64,000 bases of DNA, from positions 7,223 to 71,222 of the forward strand of contig JAIQGE010000014.1 in NCBI GenBank assembly GCA_020072815.1, in the 5' to 3' direction. The translations under genes were made by a program, and so were the position numbers. Positions 17,167 to 25,885 of this stretch are shown here, in pieces. Positions within the stretch are counted from its first letter, which is position 1. The number at the start of each line of letters is the position of its first letter. The DNA is from Terriglobia bacterium (GTDB lineage Bacteria; Acidobacteriota; Terriglobia; Terriglobales; Acidobacteriaceae). The notes under the pieces were generated by a model. That model saw only the letters and a program-made list of their open reading frames with translations. It had not been told where the DNA came from and ran no database searches.

Positions 17167-19341
17167 CTAGCCTTTCAACTCCAGCGGTTTGGCCATCAAC
17201 GGCAGCCCGCGCAGACGGATTCCGGTTGCGCTGAAGATTGCGCCGGCTACCGCCGGAGCCAGGCCCATGAGCGGTGTTTCCCCGGCGCCTGCCGGCGCAA
17301 CGTCTTTGCGGTCAATCAACTCGACTTCGATTTTGGGCACATCGCGGAAGCGCGGCACGCGGTAGTCCTTGAAATGCGGGTTCAGCACGCGTCCGTTGTC
17401 AAAATGGATGGCCTCAAACAACGCTCCACCCAGACCCTGAACAATGGAGCCTTCAATCTGGTTCTTGAGTCCGTTGGGATTGACAACCGCGCCGCAGTCA
17501 AAGGACTCGACTACGCGCACAATGCTGACTTGCCCGCGCGCGCGGTCAATGGCGACTTCAGCGCACGTGGCCAGATAGCCGTTTTTCTCAAAGCCTCCGG
17601 CGATGCCGAAGCCGCGTTCTGGAGTGGCCGCCTGCTTGCCCCAGCCAAACTTTTGCGCCGCGACTTCGAATGCCGCGCGTAGGCGCGGGTCTGTGATGTT
17701 CTTCAAACGGAACTGCAGCGGGTCCATCCCGGCGAGAGCGGCGAGTTCGTCCATGTGGCTTTCGCGCGCGAAGTGGTTGGCCGTGGCCGCCAAGCCGCGG
17801 TACGATCCCTGGCGCAGCGGCGGGTTCTTCGAAGGGTGAAATTCAATCTTCTTGTTGGGTACGTGATAGGGCGTGTCAATGGCCGAAGGGCCGGAGTTGT
17901 AGTTGTGAAATTCCCAGGCGACCAGAGCGCCGTCGGCGGCGAGGCCGCTTTTCACGTCAATCACGCCCGCCGGACGGAAATAGGCCCAGGTAAATTCCTC
18001 TTCACGTGTCCAAACCACCTCCACCGGTTTGCCGGCGGCCTTGGCCAGCCGCGCGGCTTCCACCGCACACTCGCCGGTGTGTTTCCCGCCGTAGGCTGAG
18101 CCGGTGTCCGGGACCTTGACGCGCACATGGTCCAGAGAAATATGGAAGGCCGCGGCCAGTTCATCGCGCACGGCGAACGGCCGCTGCGTGCCGGTCCAAA
18201 CCGTCAGCTTGTCGCCTTGCCATTCGGCCACGGCGGAGCGCGGCTCCAACGGCGCATGCTGGATATAGGCAACGGTGTAGGTCTGCGACAAGGTCTTGGC
18301 CGCGGGAGCCATGGCGGTCTGCACCGAGCCGGTTTCGTTTCCGCCGCGTCCTCCGAACCCGCCGCGGGTCTCGATGCCGAGGTTCTTGCGCAAGGAATCG
18401 AATAAATCGGCTTCTGAAATCTGCGGCGGGGCCTGCGTCTTTACTTCCAAAGCTTCCAGCGCCTGCTGCGCAGCATCAGGATGGTGCGCGGCCACGCCGA
18501 TGAAATCCCCATCGCGAACCACAGTTACGCCGGGCAGTTTCTCGGCTTTCTTCGCATCCACCGACAGCAGCTTGGCATTGAAGGCCGCCGGGCGAAACAC
18601 TTTGCCGTGCAGCATGCCCGGCCGCGTAATGTCTGACGTGTACTGATGTGCGCCGGTGACGAATGCCTTGCCGTCGACTTTTCCCACCGCCGTGCCGGCC
18701 ACGCGCCACTGGGCGGGACTGGTGACCGCCGGATCTCCGGCCGCGATCTTCACCAGCTTCTGCCCTTGAGTGAGTTCGCCAAAGCTGATGCTCTTGCCGC
18801 CGTGCCCGTTGACCACCGCTCCGTTCTGCGCCGACAACGTGCCGCGGTCCACCTTCCAGTGCTGGGCCGCCAGGTCAATCAACACTTCGCGCGCGCTAGC
18901 AGCGACGCTGCGCAGCCGTGTGCCCATCTGCGGCGTGGTGCGGCTGCCGAACGTGCCCAAGTCGAAGGGAGTGAGGTCGGTATCGCCCATGGTGAGCGTG
19001 ATGGAAGCCAGCGGAGCGTGCAGCTCTTCCGCCACCTGCTGCGTCAGCGACGTGCGGATGTTCTGTCCCATCTCCACCTTGCCGGTGAAAACGGTGACTT
19101 TGCCGTCGCCGCCAATGTGCAGCCAGGACGCCAGATCGTTGGGAAGATTGCTTTCGCTTTGCGCGCGGCCGGATTCCTGCGCCAAAGCGCCGGGCGCCAC
19201 GACGCCGACGACAAGGCCCGCGCCCAGCAGCTTGAACAGATCGCGACGGCTGACGTCAAACAGATGACGCAGCGGCTCAACCGCATGCTGCTCAGCTTCA
19301 AGCATCTCCGGGCCAATGTGATTCACGGCATCCTTATTCAT
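17167..19341 (-). CDS. xanthine dehydrogenase-family molybdopterin-binding subunit (IorB-type membrane-bound aldehyde dehydrogenase large subunit) with Tat signal
   Basis: 724 aa; Tat motif SRRDLFKLLGAGLV; aldehyde oxidase/xanthine DH Moco-domain blocks throughout. Confidence 0.8.
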   Translation of the reverse strand: MNKDAVNHIGPEMLEAEQHAVEPLRHLFDVSRRDLFKLLGAGLVVGVVAPGALAQESGRAQSESNLPNDLASWLHIGGDGKVTVFTGKVEMGQNIRTSLTQQVAEELHAPLASITLTMGDTDLTPFDLGTFGSRTTPQMGTRLRSVAASAREVLIDLAAQHWKVDRGTLSAQNGAVVNGHGGKSISFGELTQGQKLVKIAAGDPAVTSPAQWRVAGTAVGKVDGKAFVTGAHQYTSDITRPGMLHGKVFRPAAFNAKLLSVDAKKAEKLPGVTVVRDGDFIGVAAHHPDAAQQALEALEVKTQAPPQISEADLFDSLRKNLGIETRGGFGGRGGNETGSVQTAMAPAAKTLSQTYTVAYIQHAPLEPRSAVAEWQGDKLTVWTGTQRPFAVRDELAAAFHISLDHVRVKVPDTGSAYGGKHTGECAVEAARLAKAAGKPVEVVWTREEEFTWAYFRPAGVIDVKSGLAADGALVAWEFHNYNSGPSAIDTPYHVPNKKIEFHPSKNPPLRQGSYRGLAATANHFARESHMDELAALAGMDPLQFRLKNITDPRLRAAFEVAAQKFGWGKQAATPERGFGIAGGFEKNGYLATCAEVAIDRARGQVSIVRVVESFDCGAVVNPNGLKNQIEGSIVQGLGGALFEAIHFDNGRVLNPHFKDYRVPRFRDVPKIEVELIDRKDVAPAGAGETPLMGLAPAVAGAIFSATGIRLRGLPLMAKPLELKG

Positions 19342-19810
19342 GCTTGACCCCTTCGGCGGCGCGGCGAATGGCGGCCATGATCCGCAGATAAGTGCCGCAG
19401 CGGCAGATGTTGCCGTTCATGTACTGGACAATGTCTTCGTCGGAAGGCCTGGGCGTCTTCGCCAGCAGCGCGTGCGCGGACATGATCATGCCGGAAGTGC
19501 AATAGGCGCATTGGAATGCTTCTTCGTCCAAAAAGGCCTGCTGCAGCGGACTGAGATGGCCGCTGGATGCCGGCGCCAGTCCTTCGATGGTCACGACCTT
19601 CTTGCCCACGGCGAAGTCCGCGTCGGTGATGCAGGAGCGGACTGGCTTGCCGTCCACCAGCACGGTGCAGGCGCCGCACTGGCCTTCGCCGCAGCCGTAC
19701 TTGGCGCCAGTCAGGCCCAGGCGGTTGCGCAGGACGGATAACAGAGACTCTTCTTCCAGAGCTTCAACCTTGTGGTTGCTTCCGTTCACGAGCACATGGA
19801 TGGTCGGCAT
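19334..19810 (-). CDS. (2Fe-2S)-binding small subunit of IorAB-type molybdoenzyme
   Basis: CGEGQCGACTV and CAYCTSGMIMS...CRCGTY motifs; start at MPTIHVL; 8-bp overlap with large subunit. Confidence 0.8.
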   Translation of the reverse strand: MPTIHVLVNGSNHKVEALEEESLLSVLRNRLGLTGAKYGCGEGQCGACTVLVDGKPVRSCITDADFAVGKKVVTIEGLAPASSGHLSPLQQAFLDEEAFQCAYCTSGMIMSAHALLAKTPRPSDEDIVQYMNGNICRCGTYLRIMAAIRRAAEGVKHE

Positions 19811-19998
19811 GGAAGGTCTCTCGGATGCGTCTTTCAAAATACTGTTGGACCGGACATTTGGTCTGCCTGTTATCGTAAACTCTTCAACGGGCCGGGTGCC
19901 AGCGGGAAGCGGAGCTGCATGCGTCGCCAGGGAACGGGCTGGATTCCAGGGCCTGATCACGGGCCCAAAAGCGGCATTGCGTACGGAGCTGAGAAAGC

Positions 19999-20739
19999 AT
20001 GAAGAGACCCCTTGAGGTGGTGGTGTTCGATCTGGACGATACGTTGATTGACACCAGTATTGTGTTCGTCAAAGCGCGCGAGGAGTTTGTTGCCATGATG
20101 TGCCAGGCCGGTTACGCAAGGCGCGCGGCCCTTCGCCAGCTCGACGATGCCGAATGGCACAACTTGCATCATTTTGGATACGTTTCTGAGCGCAATCTGA
20201 TCTCCATGCGCGAGGCGTATGAAGCGCTCGTGGAAAAGGATGGCAATCTCTTTTCCGCGGACGTTCTTCGCCAGATTTCGAGTATCGCGGGCCGGTGCCT
20301 TTACAAATTGCCCCGCCCTTTGCCTTACGCCCGCACCCTCCTTTCATGGTGTGCGCGAAAATACCGCCTGGCATTGCTGACGCGCGGCAGCGAGGCGTTG
20401 CAATACGCCAAAATTGACAAACTAGGCGTGCGCGACCTCTTTCACACCATCCACGTGGTAAAACTAAAGACCCCCGACTCTTTTCGTGGCGTCTTACGGT
20501 CCATGAAGTGCCACCCTCAGAACGCGGTCTCCGTGGGAGACTCTCCGCGTTTCGATATCCTGAACGCTTTAAGGGCGGGAATGTCTGCCGTCCACGTGCA
20601 GTATCCTTTCCGGAAACTGCAGTGGAACCTGGACCATGAAACCACCCCGGCCCTGCATGGCAAGAAATTTCGCACCGCCAGGAACCTGCGCCAGGTAAAG
20701 ACCATGCTGCAGCGCGATGACAAGGTGGGAAATATCTGA
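19999..20739 (+). CDS. HAD-superfamily hydrolase
   Basis: 246 aa; motif I VVFDLDDTLIDT; motif III/IV GDSPRFDIL. Confidence 0.7.
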   Translation: MKRPLEVVVFDLDDTLIDTSIVFVKAREEFVAMMCQAGYARRAALRQLDDAEWHNLHHFGYVSERNLISMREAYEALVEKDGNLFSADVLRQISSIAGRCLYKLPRPLPYARTLLSWCARKYRLALLTRGSEALQYAKIDKLGVRDLFHTIHVVKLKTPDSFRGVLRSMKCHPQNAVSVGDSPRFDILNALRAGMSAVHVQYPFRKLQWNLDHETTPALHGKKFRTARNLRQVKTMLQRDDKVGNI

Positions 20740-20803
20740 GTGGCTCCGGGTCGCCGAGCAGCTCGAGTCCTTCCATGCGCCCGGAAGTCAGACGCCGGGC
20801 AGG

Positions 20804-21514
20804 CTAGAAATGCTTTCTCAGATCGGCGAAGCGCTGCACTTTGAGGAAGCGCCCGTCGCTCGACTGGGTCTCGAATTCTTCCTTTTCCAGCACCCAGGTG
20901 TGTTCATTGGGAACAAACACGGCGTTGATGCCGGCCGCCAGCGCCGGATTGATGTCTGAGCGCGGACTGTTGCCGATCATCCACGTGGTCTGCAGCGCCA
21001 GTTCATATTTGGCGACCACGTTCTTGTAGGCCGCGGCCTTTTTCTCGCGGACGATTTCCACCGCGGCAAAATATTCTTTCATGCCGGAGCGCTCGATCTT
21101 GCCGGATTGCTCGTGGACGTCGCCCTTGGTCATCATGATCAGATGGTGCCCGCGGCGGCGCAGGTAGCCCAGCGTTTCCGGCACGCCGGGAATCGGATGG
21201 ATGGGGCTGCTGGCAATGCGATGGGCGAATCCCGCGATGAACTGGTGCAACTCCGGCGTGACCGGCTCCGCGGCCAGACGCTCAAAGCACTTGGTCAGGG
21301 AGTGGGCAAAACTGTGCGCGCCATAGCCGCGCTCCTGGATGGTCTCCCGCTCCACCTGATTCAGAAACAGGCGGACTTCCTGGGGCGACAGGCTTTGGTG
21401 GTTCAGACGCGCAATGAACTGCTGGATGGCATGTTCAAAATGGACGGTGGTCTCCCACAGCGTGTCGTCGGCGTCAATGAGCAGCGCCTGGCGGTCTGTA
21501 TGGCCGTTGTTCAT
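20804..21514 (-). CDS. HAD-superfamily hydrolase (second, convergent)
   Basis: 236 aa; motif I LLIDADDTLWET; GNSPRSDIN. Confidence 0.7.
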   Translation of the reverse strand: MNNGHTDRQALLIDADDTLWETTVHFEHAIQQFIARLNHQSLSPQEVRLFLNQVERETIQERGYGAHSFAHSLTKCFERLAAEPVTPELHQFIAGFAHRIASSPIHPIPGVPETLGYLRRRGHHLIMMTKGDVHEQSGKIERSGMKEYFAAVEIVREKKAAAYKNVVAKYELALQTTWMIGNSPRSDINPALAAGINAVFVPNEHTWVLEKEEFETQSSDGRFLKVQRFADLRKHF

Positions 21515-21625
21515 GGGATTCTTGATTTAAACACAGAGGGCGCGGAAGAGCACAGAGCGAGGCCACCCAGCCGACGGATAAATTCTTTTCCCCTGCAATG
21601 TATTGGGTCATAATAGATCTACTTT

Positions 21626-21901
21626 ATGATCCACAAAGCTAAGGACTTGTCGCCTGAGCAGAAGGTTGCGCTGGAAAGGCTGCTGGGCCGCGCCATCTCT
21701 GACCGGGAAGACATCAGCATTCGCGTCTTGCAGCCGCCGCCGGGAGTCTCCCCGGCTCGCCGCCAGGAAATCCTTGAGGGATTGAAAACGTATTTTGCCG
21801 AAGTTGACTCGCAACGGAAGCCGGTGTCCGGAGAGCAAGCAGACAAAGTGATTGACGAGGCCATTCGTTCCAGCCGGCCTGCCTACCGGCCTCACGATTG
21901 A
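21626..21901 (+). CDS. putative antitoxin of PIN toxin-antitoxin pair (atypical; no obvious RHH/AbrB/Phd fold)
   Basis: 91 aa acidic protein; ATGA overlap with downstream PIN gene. Confidence 0.5.
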   Translation: MIHKAKDLSPEQKVALERLLGRAISDREDISIRVLQPPPGVSPARRQEILEGLKTYFAEVDSQRKPVSGEQADKVIDEAIRSSRPAYRPHD

Positions 21902-22338
21902 GGGTTCTGCTCGACGTAAACATCCTGGTGCGGGCACATGAGGGCTCTCACGGACCTGCAAGGGCACTCCTGTTGACGCTAATTGAGCAGGGTCACACGC
22001 TGCTAATTAGTGATCCGATGCTCATTGAACTTGCTGCTGTTCTGCGCTATCCCAGAATTCAGGTTGTTTACGGACTTACAGAGGAGCAAGTCTACGCTTA
22101 TATCCAGTCGCTTCGTGAAGTCTGCGAAGTTGTTACTGTGGACGACCTTCTGCCGGCGCCAATTCGCGATCCGAAAGACGTTGCCGTGCTTCAGACTGCA
22201 GTTATAGGGGAAGCTGATGTCATTTGCACCCGCGACTCGGACTTTTACGCAGCCGCGACCCGTACCTTCTGCGCCACATTGGGGATAGAAGTCTGCACTG
22301 ACTTGGAACTAGTTACCAGGATCAAACGAAGCCCTTGA
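21898..22338 (+). CDS. PIN-domain ribonuclease toxin (VapC-like)
   Basis: 146 aa; PIN acidic residues: LLDVNIL (D5), ...DPML..E, ...TRDSDF. Confidence 0.7.
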   Translation: MRVLLDVNILVRAHEGSHGPARALLLTLIEQGHTLLISDPMLIELAAVLRYPRIQVVYGLTEEQVYAYIQSLREVCEVVTVDDLLPAPIRDPKDVAVLQTAVIGEADVICTRDSDFYAAATRTFCATLGIEVCTDLELVTRIKRSP

Positions 22339-22423
22339 GCCCTGCTCAAGCCCATTTCGACAAACCCATGTGGTCCTTTGAGGTTCCTTTTTTCTGTCCT
22401 CCCGCTGATAGAATCTTAGTGCG

Positions 22424-24184
22424 ATGAAACCAGCCCGTTGGTCACGGATTCTGCTTGCTGCGATTCTCCTTGCTGCGCTCATTCCGCCGCTAGGCACTTT
22501 CGCTCAAGCTCAGGCTCCGGCTCCCGCAAAGAAGCCTCTGCCGCCCACGGCTGCCGCCGCGGCCAGGGCCGCCGATAAATGCGCCATCCGCGAGATCGTT
22601 CGCGGGGACGTGATCGGCCAGGTGGCCAAGTTCAAGATGGTCTCCATGCCCTTCAGCGTGAACGGGCTGGATGATAACGAGCGCAAGATGGTCTATCGCC
22701 TGGTGGACGCGGCCAAACTCCTGGACGTGATCTACTGGATGCAAAGCGACCCCAAAGGCTTCGTGCTGCTCAAGCGCATCGCCGAGTGCAAACAGGTGAT
22801 GGACCAGAAGATCCGCCGCTTCCTCACCATCAACGGCAGCCGCTACGACCTGCTGGAAGAGAACAAACCGTTTATCGGAAACGATGCCTTTCCGCCGGGG
22901 CGCGCGCTTTATCCCGCGGGACTCACGCGCGAGCAGATTGAAGCTTACGTCGCCAAACATCCGGAGAAAAAAGCCCAGATTTACAGTCCTTATACGGTCA
23001 TCAAGCGGCAGGGCGCCGAGCTGATTGCTGTTCCGTATCACGTGGAATATCGCCAATGGCTGGTTCCGGCGGCGGCGGCCCTGCGGGAAGCTGCTGGGCT
23101 CAGCCCGGACAAGGCCTTCGCCAACTTCCTGCGTCTGCGCGCCGACGCGCTGCTGACTGACGACTACTACAAGAGCGACCTGGCGTGGCTGGACCTGGAC
23201 AATCCCAAGTTCGACATTATTTTTGCTCCCTACGAAACTTATCTCGACGGCGTGTTGGGCGTGAAAACTTCTTACGGCGCTGCCATCATGGTGCGCAATG
23301 AAGCTGAGAGCGCGCGCCGGGCGACCTTCATGAAGTACGTCCCTGAGATCCAGGACGCGCTGCCCCTCGCTCCGGAAGACCGCCCGTCGATGCAGGGCCA
23401 CAAAGAACCCATGGAAGTGATGGATACGCCCTTCCGCGCCGGCGACCTGCGCCACGGCTACCAGGCGGTGGCCGACAATCTTCCTAATGACGCGCGCATC
23501 CACCAGGAAAAGGGCTCAAAGAAGATTTTCTTCAAGAACTTTATGGACGCGCGCGTGAATTACGTTGTGCTGCCCATCGGCAAGCTGTTGTTGCGTGAAG
23601 ACCAGGCTGCGCAGGCTTCCATGGACGGCTACCTGGCCGCGGTGATCATGCATGAAATCTGCCACGCGCTGGGTCCGGCCTATGCCCGCACCAGCGCCGG
23701 CCGCGCGGAGATCCGCGCATCATTGGGGCCGGTGTTCAGCGCTGTGGAAGAGGCAAAGGCGGACATGGTCGGCCTGTTCGCGCTGAACTGGCTGATGGAG
23801 AAAGGCGTGTTCCCCCGCGAGCGCGCGCCGGAAGTTTACGCGTCGCACGTTGCCGGGATCTTCCGCACGGTGCGCTTCGGCGTGGCGGAAGCCCATGGAC
23901 GCGCCGAGATGATGGAGTTCAACTTTCTCTTTGAGCAGGGCACCATTACCTACAACACGAAGATCGGAAAATACGAGATTGATTACGGCAAAATGCCCGC
24001 GGCCATCGCCGCGCTGGCCAAGGAGCTGCTGGAAATTGAGGCCACCGGGGACAGGAATCGAGCTGAGCAATGGTTCAACAAGTACGGTTCCATGCCGCCT
24101 GGGTTAAAATCGGCGCTGGGGAACAGTAAAGACGTGCCGGTGGACATTGATCCAGTCAGCGCTTTCCCCGAGCAGATTCAATGA
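22424..24184 (+). CDS. secreted zinc metallopeptidase, dipeptidyl-peptidase III-like (M49-like)
   Basis: 586 aa; signal peptide; HExxH (HEICH) followed about 35 aa later by EEAKAD, resembling DPP III HExxGH / EExRAE pair. Confidence 0.45.
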   Translation: MKPARWSRILLAAILLAALIPPLGTFAQAQAPAPAKKPLPPTAAAAARAADKCAIREIVRGDVIGQVAKFKMVSMPFSVNGLDDNERKMVYRLVDAAKLLDVIYWMQSDPKGFVLLKRIAECKQVMDQKIRRFLTINGSRYDLLEENKPFIGNDAFPPGRALYPAGLTREQIEAYVAKHPEKKAQIYSPYTVIKRQGAELIAVPYHVEYRQWLVPAAAALREAAGLSPDKAFANFLRLRADALLTDDYYKSDLAWLDLDNPKFDIIFAPYETYLDGVLGVKTSYGAAIMVRNEAESARRATFMKYVPEIQDALPLAPEDRPSMQGHKEPMEVMDTPFRAGDLRHGYQAVADNLPNDARIHQEKGSKKIFFKNFMDARVNYVVLPIGKLLLREDQAAQASMDGYLAAVIMHEICHALGPAYARTSAGRAEIRASLGPVFSAVEEAKADMVGLFALNWLMEKGVFPRERAPEVYASHVAGIFRTVRFGVAEAHGRAEMMEFNFLFEQGTITYNTKIGKYEIDYGKMPAAIAALAKELLEIEATGDRNRAEQWFNKYGSMPPGLKSALGNSKDVPVDIDPVSAFPEQIQ

Positions 24185-24537
24185 TCAAGCAAATGCCAGA
24201 CACCAAGACCGAAGAAAGACGCCGTTTTGAGCGCATTGAGATCACGCCCCAGGCCCAAATCCTGGTGCTGGATTCGAGTGACAAGAAGGTCGGCGAGCTG
24301 CGCCAGTTGGCCCGCGGGGGCTTTTCCATGAAGACGGACAAGACCTACGCCAAAGACGGCAAGACCCACCAGTTTACGATCCATGAACCGGGCGAAGGTA
24401 TCCGCGTTCCGGTGAAGGGGAAGGTCCGCTTCGCCGAACGCGGCCACACCGGCTTTGAGTTCGTTGACTTGGGCCCCGACGCCGCGGTGGACGTGGGCAT
24501 CATCATCGGAAAGTATTACGAGCCGGCGAAAGAATAG
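24181..24537 (+). CDS. PilZ-domain (c-di-GMP-binding) protein
   Basis: 118 aa; RxxxR (RRRFERI) and D/NxSxGG-like (QLARGGFSM) motifs; ATGA overlap with upstream peptidase gene. Confidence 0.6.
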   Translation: MIKQMPDTKTEERRRFERIEITPQAQILVLDSSDKKVGELRQLARGGFSMKTDKTYAKDGKTHQFTIHEPGEGIRVPVKGKVRFAERGHTGFEFVDLGPDAAVDVGIIIGKYYEPAKE

Positions 24538-24625
24538 TAGCTAGCAACTAGCACTCAGCATTCTGTCTCTTGTTTTCTTGGCCCCGTCTGCTCGTCTCTT
24601 ATCTTTTATCTTTTAGCTTTGGAGC

Positions 24626-25216
24626 TTAAGCCGGCAGCGACTGCAGAAACTGGATGACCTCGGCGGCCTCTTTGACTCCGTTTTTCGCGCCCATCTGCGC
24701 GTGCACCAGCAGCGGGATGCCGTGCGGCCCGCGGGCGTGTATCTGGGCCGGCTGGGCCTTCAAATAGGCTTTCACCAGGTCCAGGTCGCCGAGCATGGCC
24801 GCCACAAATATGTCCATGCGCGCGCCTTGGGAGATGAGGAAGTCGGCAATGTCTTTGCGGCCCATGTGACCGGCCCCGCCGATGGCTTGCTCAAAATCAC
24901 CTCCGCCCCAGTCCCATGTGGCGTTCACCAGGCCGGGTTCAGAGGCCAGCATGGATTTGGTCTTATCCAGGTTCACATGCGCGGCCATCACAAATTCCTT
25001 GACCATGTCCGCTTGGAGAGCTGGGGGACGCGCAGGTTGGGCCGAGGCTTGCGGGGCCGCTGTTTGAAGAGAAGCCGCCTGCGGCGCGCTGGACGCAGCT
25101 TGGCTGGGTGCTGTGCTGCCCGATTGTTGGAGCGGCCACGCATGGCCGGCCAGACCGTCGCTCACTAAACCCAGTAACCCAACTGTTCCTGCCAGCGTGA
25201 ATGTTCTGCGATCCAT
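24626..25216 (-). CDS. secreted ankyrin-repeat protein (Tat-like signal)
   Basis: 196 aa; RRTFTLAGTVGLLGL signal; about 3 ankyrin repeats; AGGAGA RBS. Confidence 0.65.
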   Translation of the reverse strand: MDRRTFTLAGTVGLLGLVSDGLAGHAWPLQQSGSTAPSQAASSAPQAASLQTAAPQASAQPARPPALQADMVKEFVMAAHVNLDKTKSMLASEPGLVNATWDWGGGDFEQAIGGAGHMGRKDIADFLISQGARMDIFVAAMLGDLDLVKAYLKAQPAQIHARGPHGIPLLVHAQMGAKNGVKEAAEVIQFLQSLPA

Positions 25217-25507
25217 GAGAAGTCTCCTGGTGAATTAGACGCAGAGACAGGCGTTTGGTCAAGAACCGGGGGGCAGAGTGGCGTTCCGGAAGCGAATCGC
25301 TTTATGGCGCCTCCGTTTCGCTGCGCGCCAGCCCGCGGCGTGCGGAGATTGAGTTGATCGGCACTTTTCGGCACGGCTGAAGCCGATGCCCTGATACCGA
25401 AACCAAAATCGCAAGACAGAAGAAAGTTGTTCCGCCGACCCAAGACTGGTGTCTCAGCTAATAGAACGATTCATCCTTAGTTCATCCTGAAAAGATCGGC
25501 TGCGCGG

Positions 25508-25545
25508 CTGCTGGGTGGCTCCCAGCAGCCACATTTTTTGGGTAT
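25508..25545 (+). terminator. terminator-like hairpin plus T-tract in ORF-free region (candidate 3' end of an unannotated plus-strand sRNA)
   Basis: GCTGCTGGG-tggct-CCCAGCAGC then CACATTTTTTGG. Confidence 0.4.
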
Positions 25546-25885
25546 GTCCCCCGAGTATTCGGGGTGCCTCCCCCGAATATTCTGACATTAGAATTTTCCT
25601 GAAGAATTCTGTTCCACCCGGACAGGTTGTGGGGTCTTACTAATCGACTCCTTGAGATTTGCCCCTCAAATGTGCTCCTCATAGGCCGTCAGGGACCGGA
25701 AGCCCTGGCGGCCAAATTTTTTGGAAGCAGCCTTTAGCACTTAGCCATTAGTACATAGCAAGCAGCCTAGGGGCTCGTTCTTTTGCAAGACGCGATCCAT
25801 CCAGTCTCTGCTCAGGGCGCCAATGGTTCGAGAACACGAGGCTCAAGCTAAAGGCTAATAGCTAAAGGCTAACGGCTGCCCTTCC

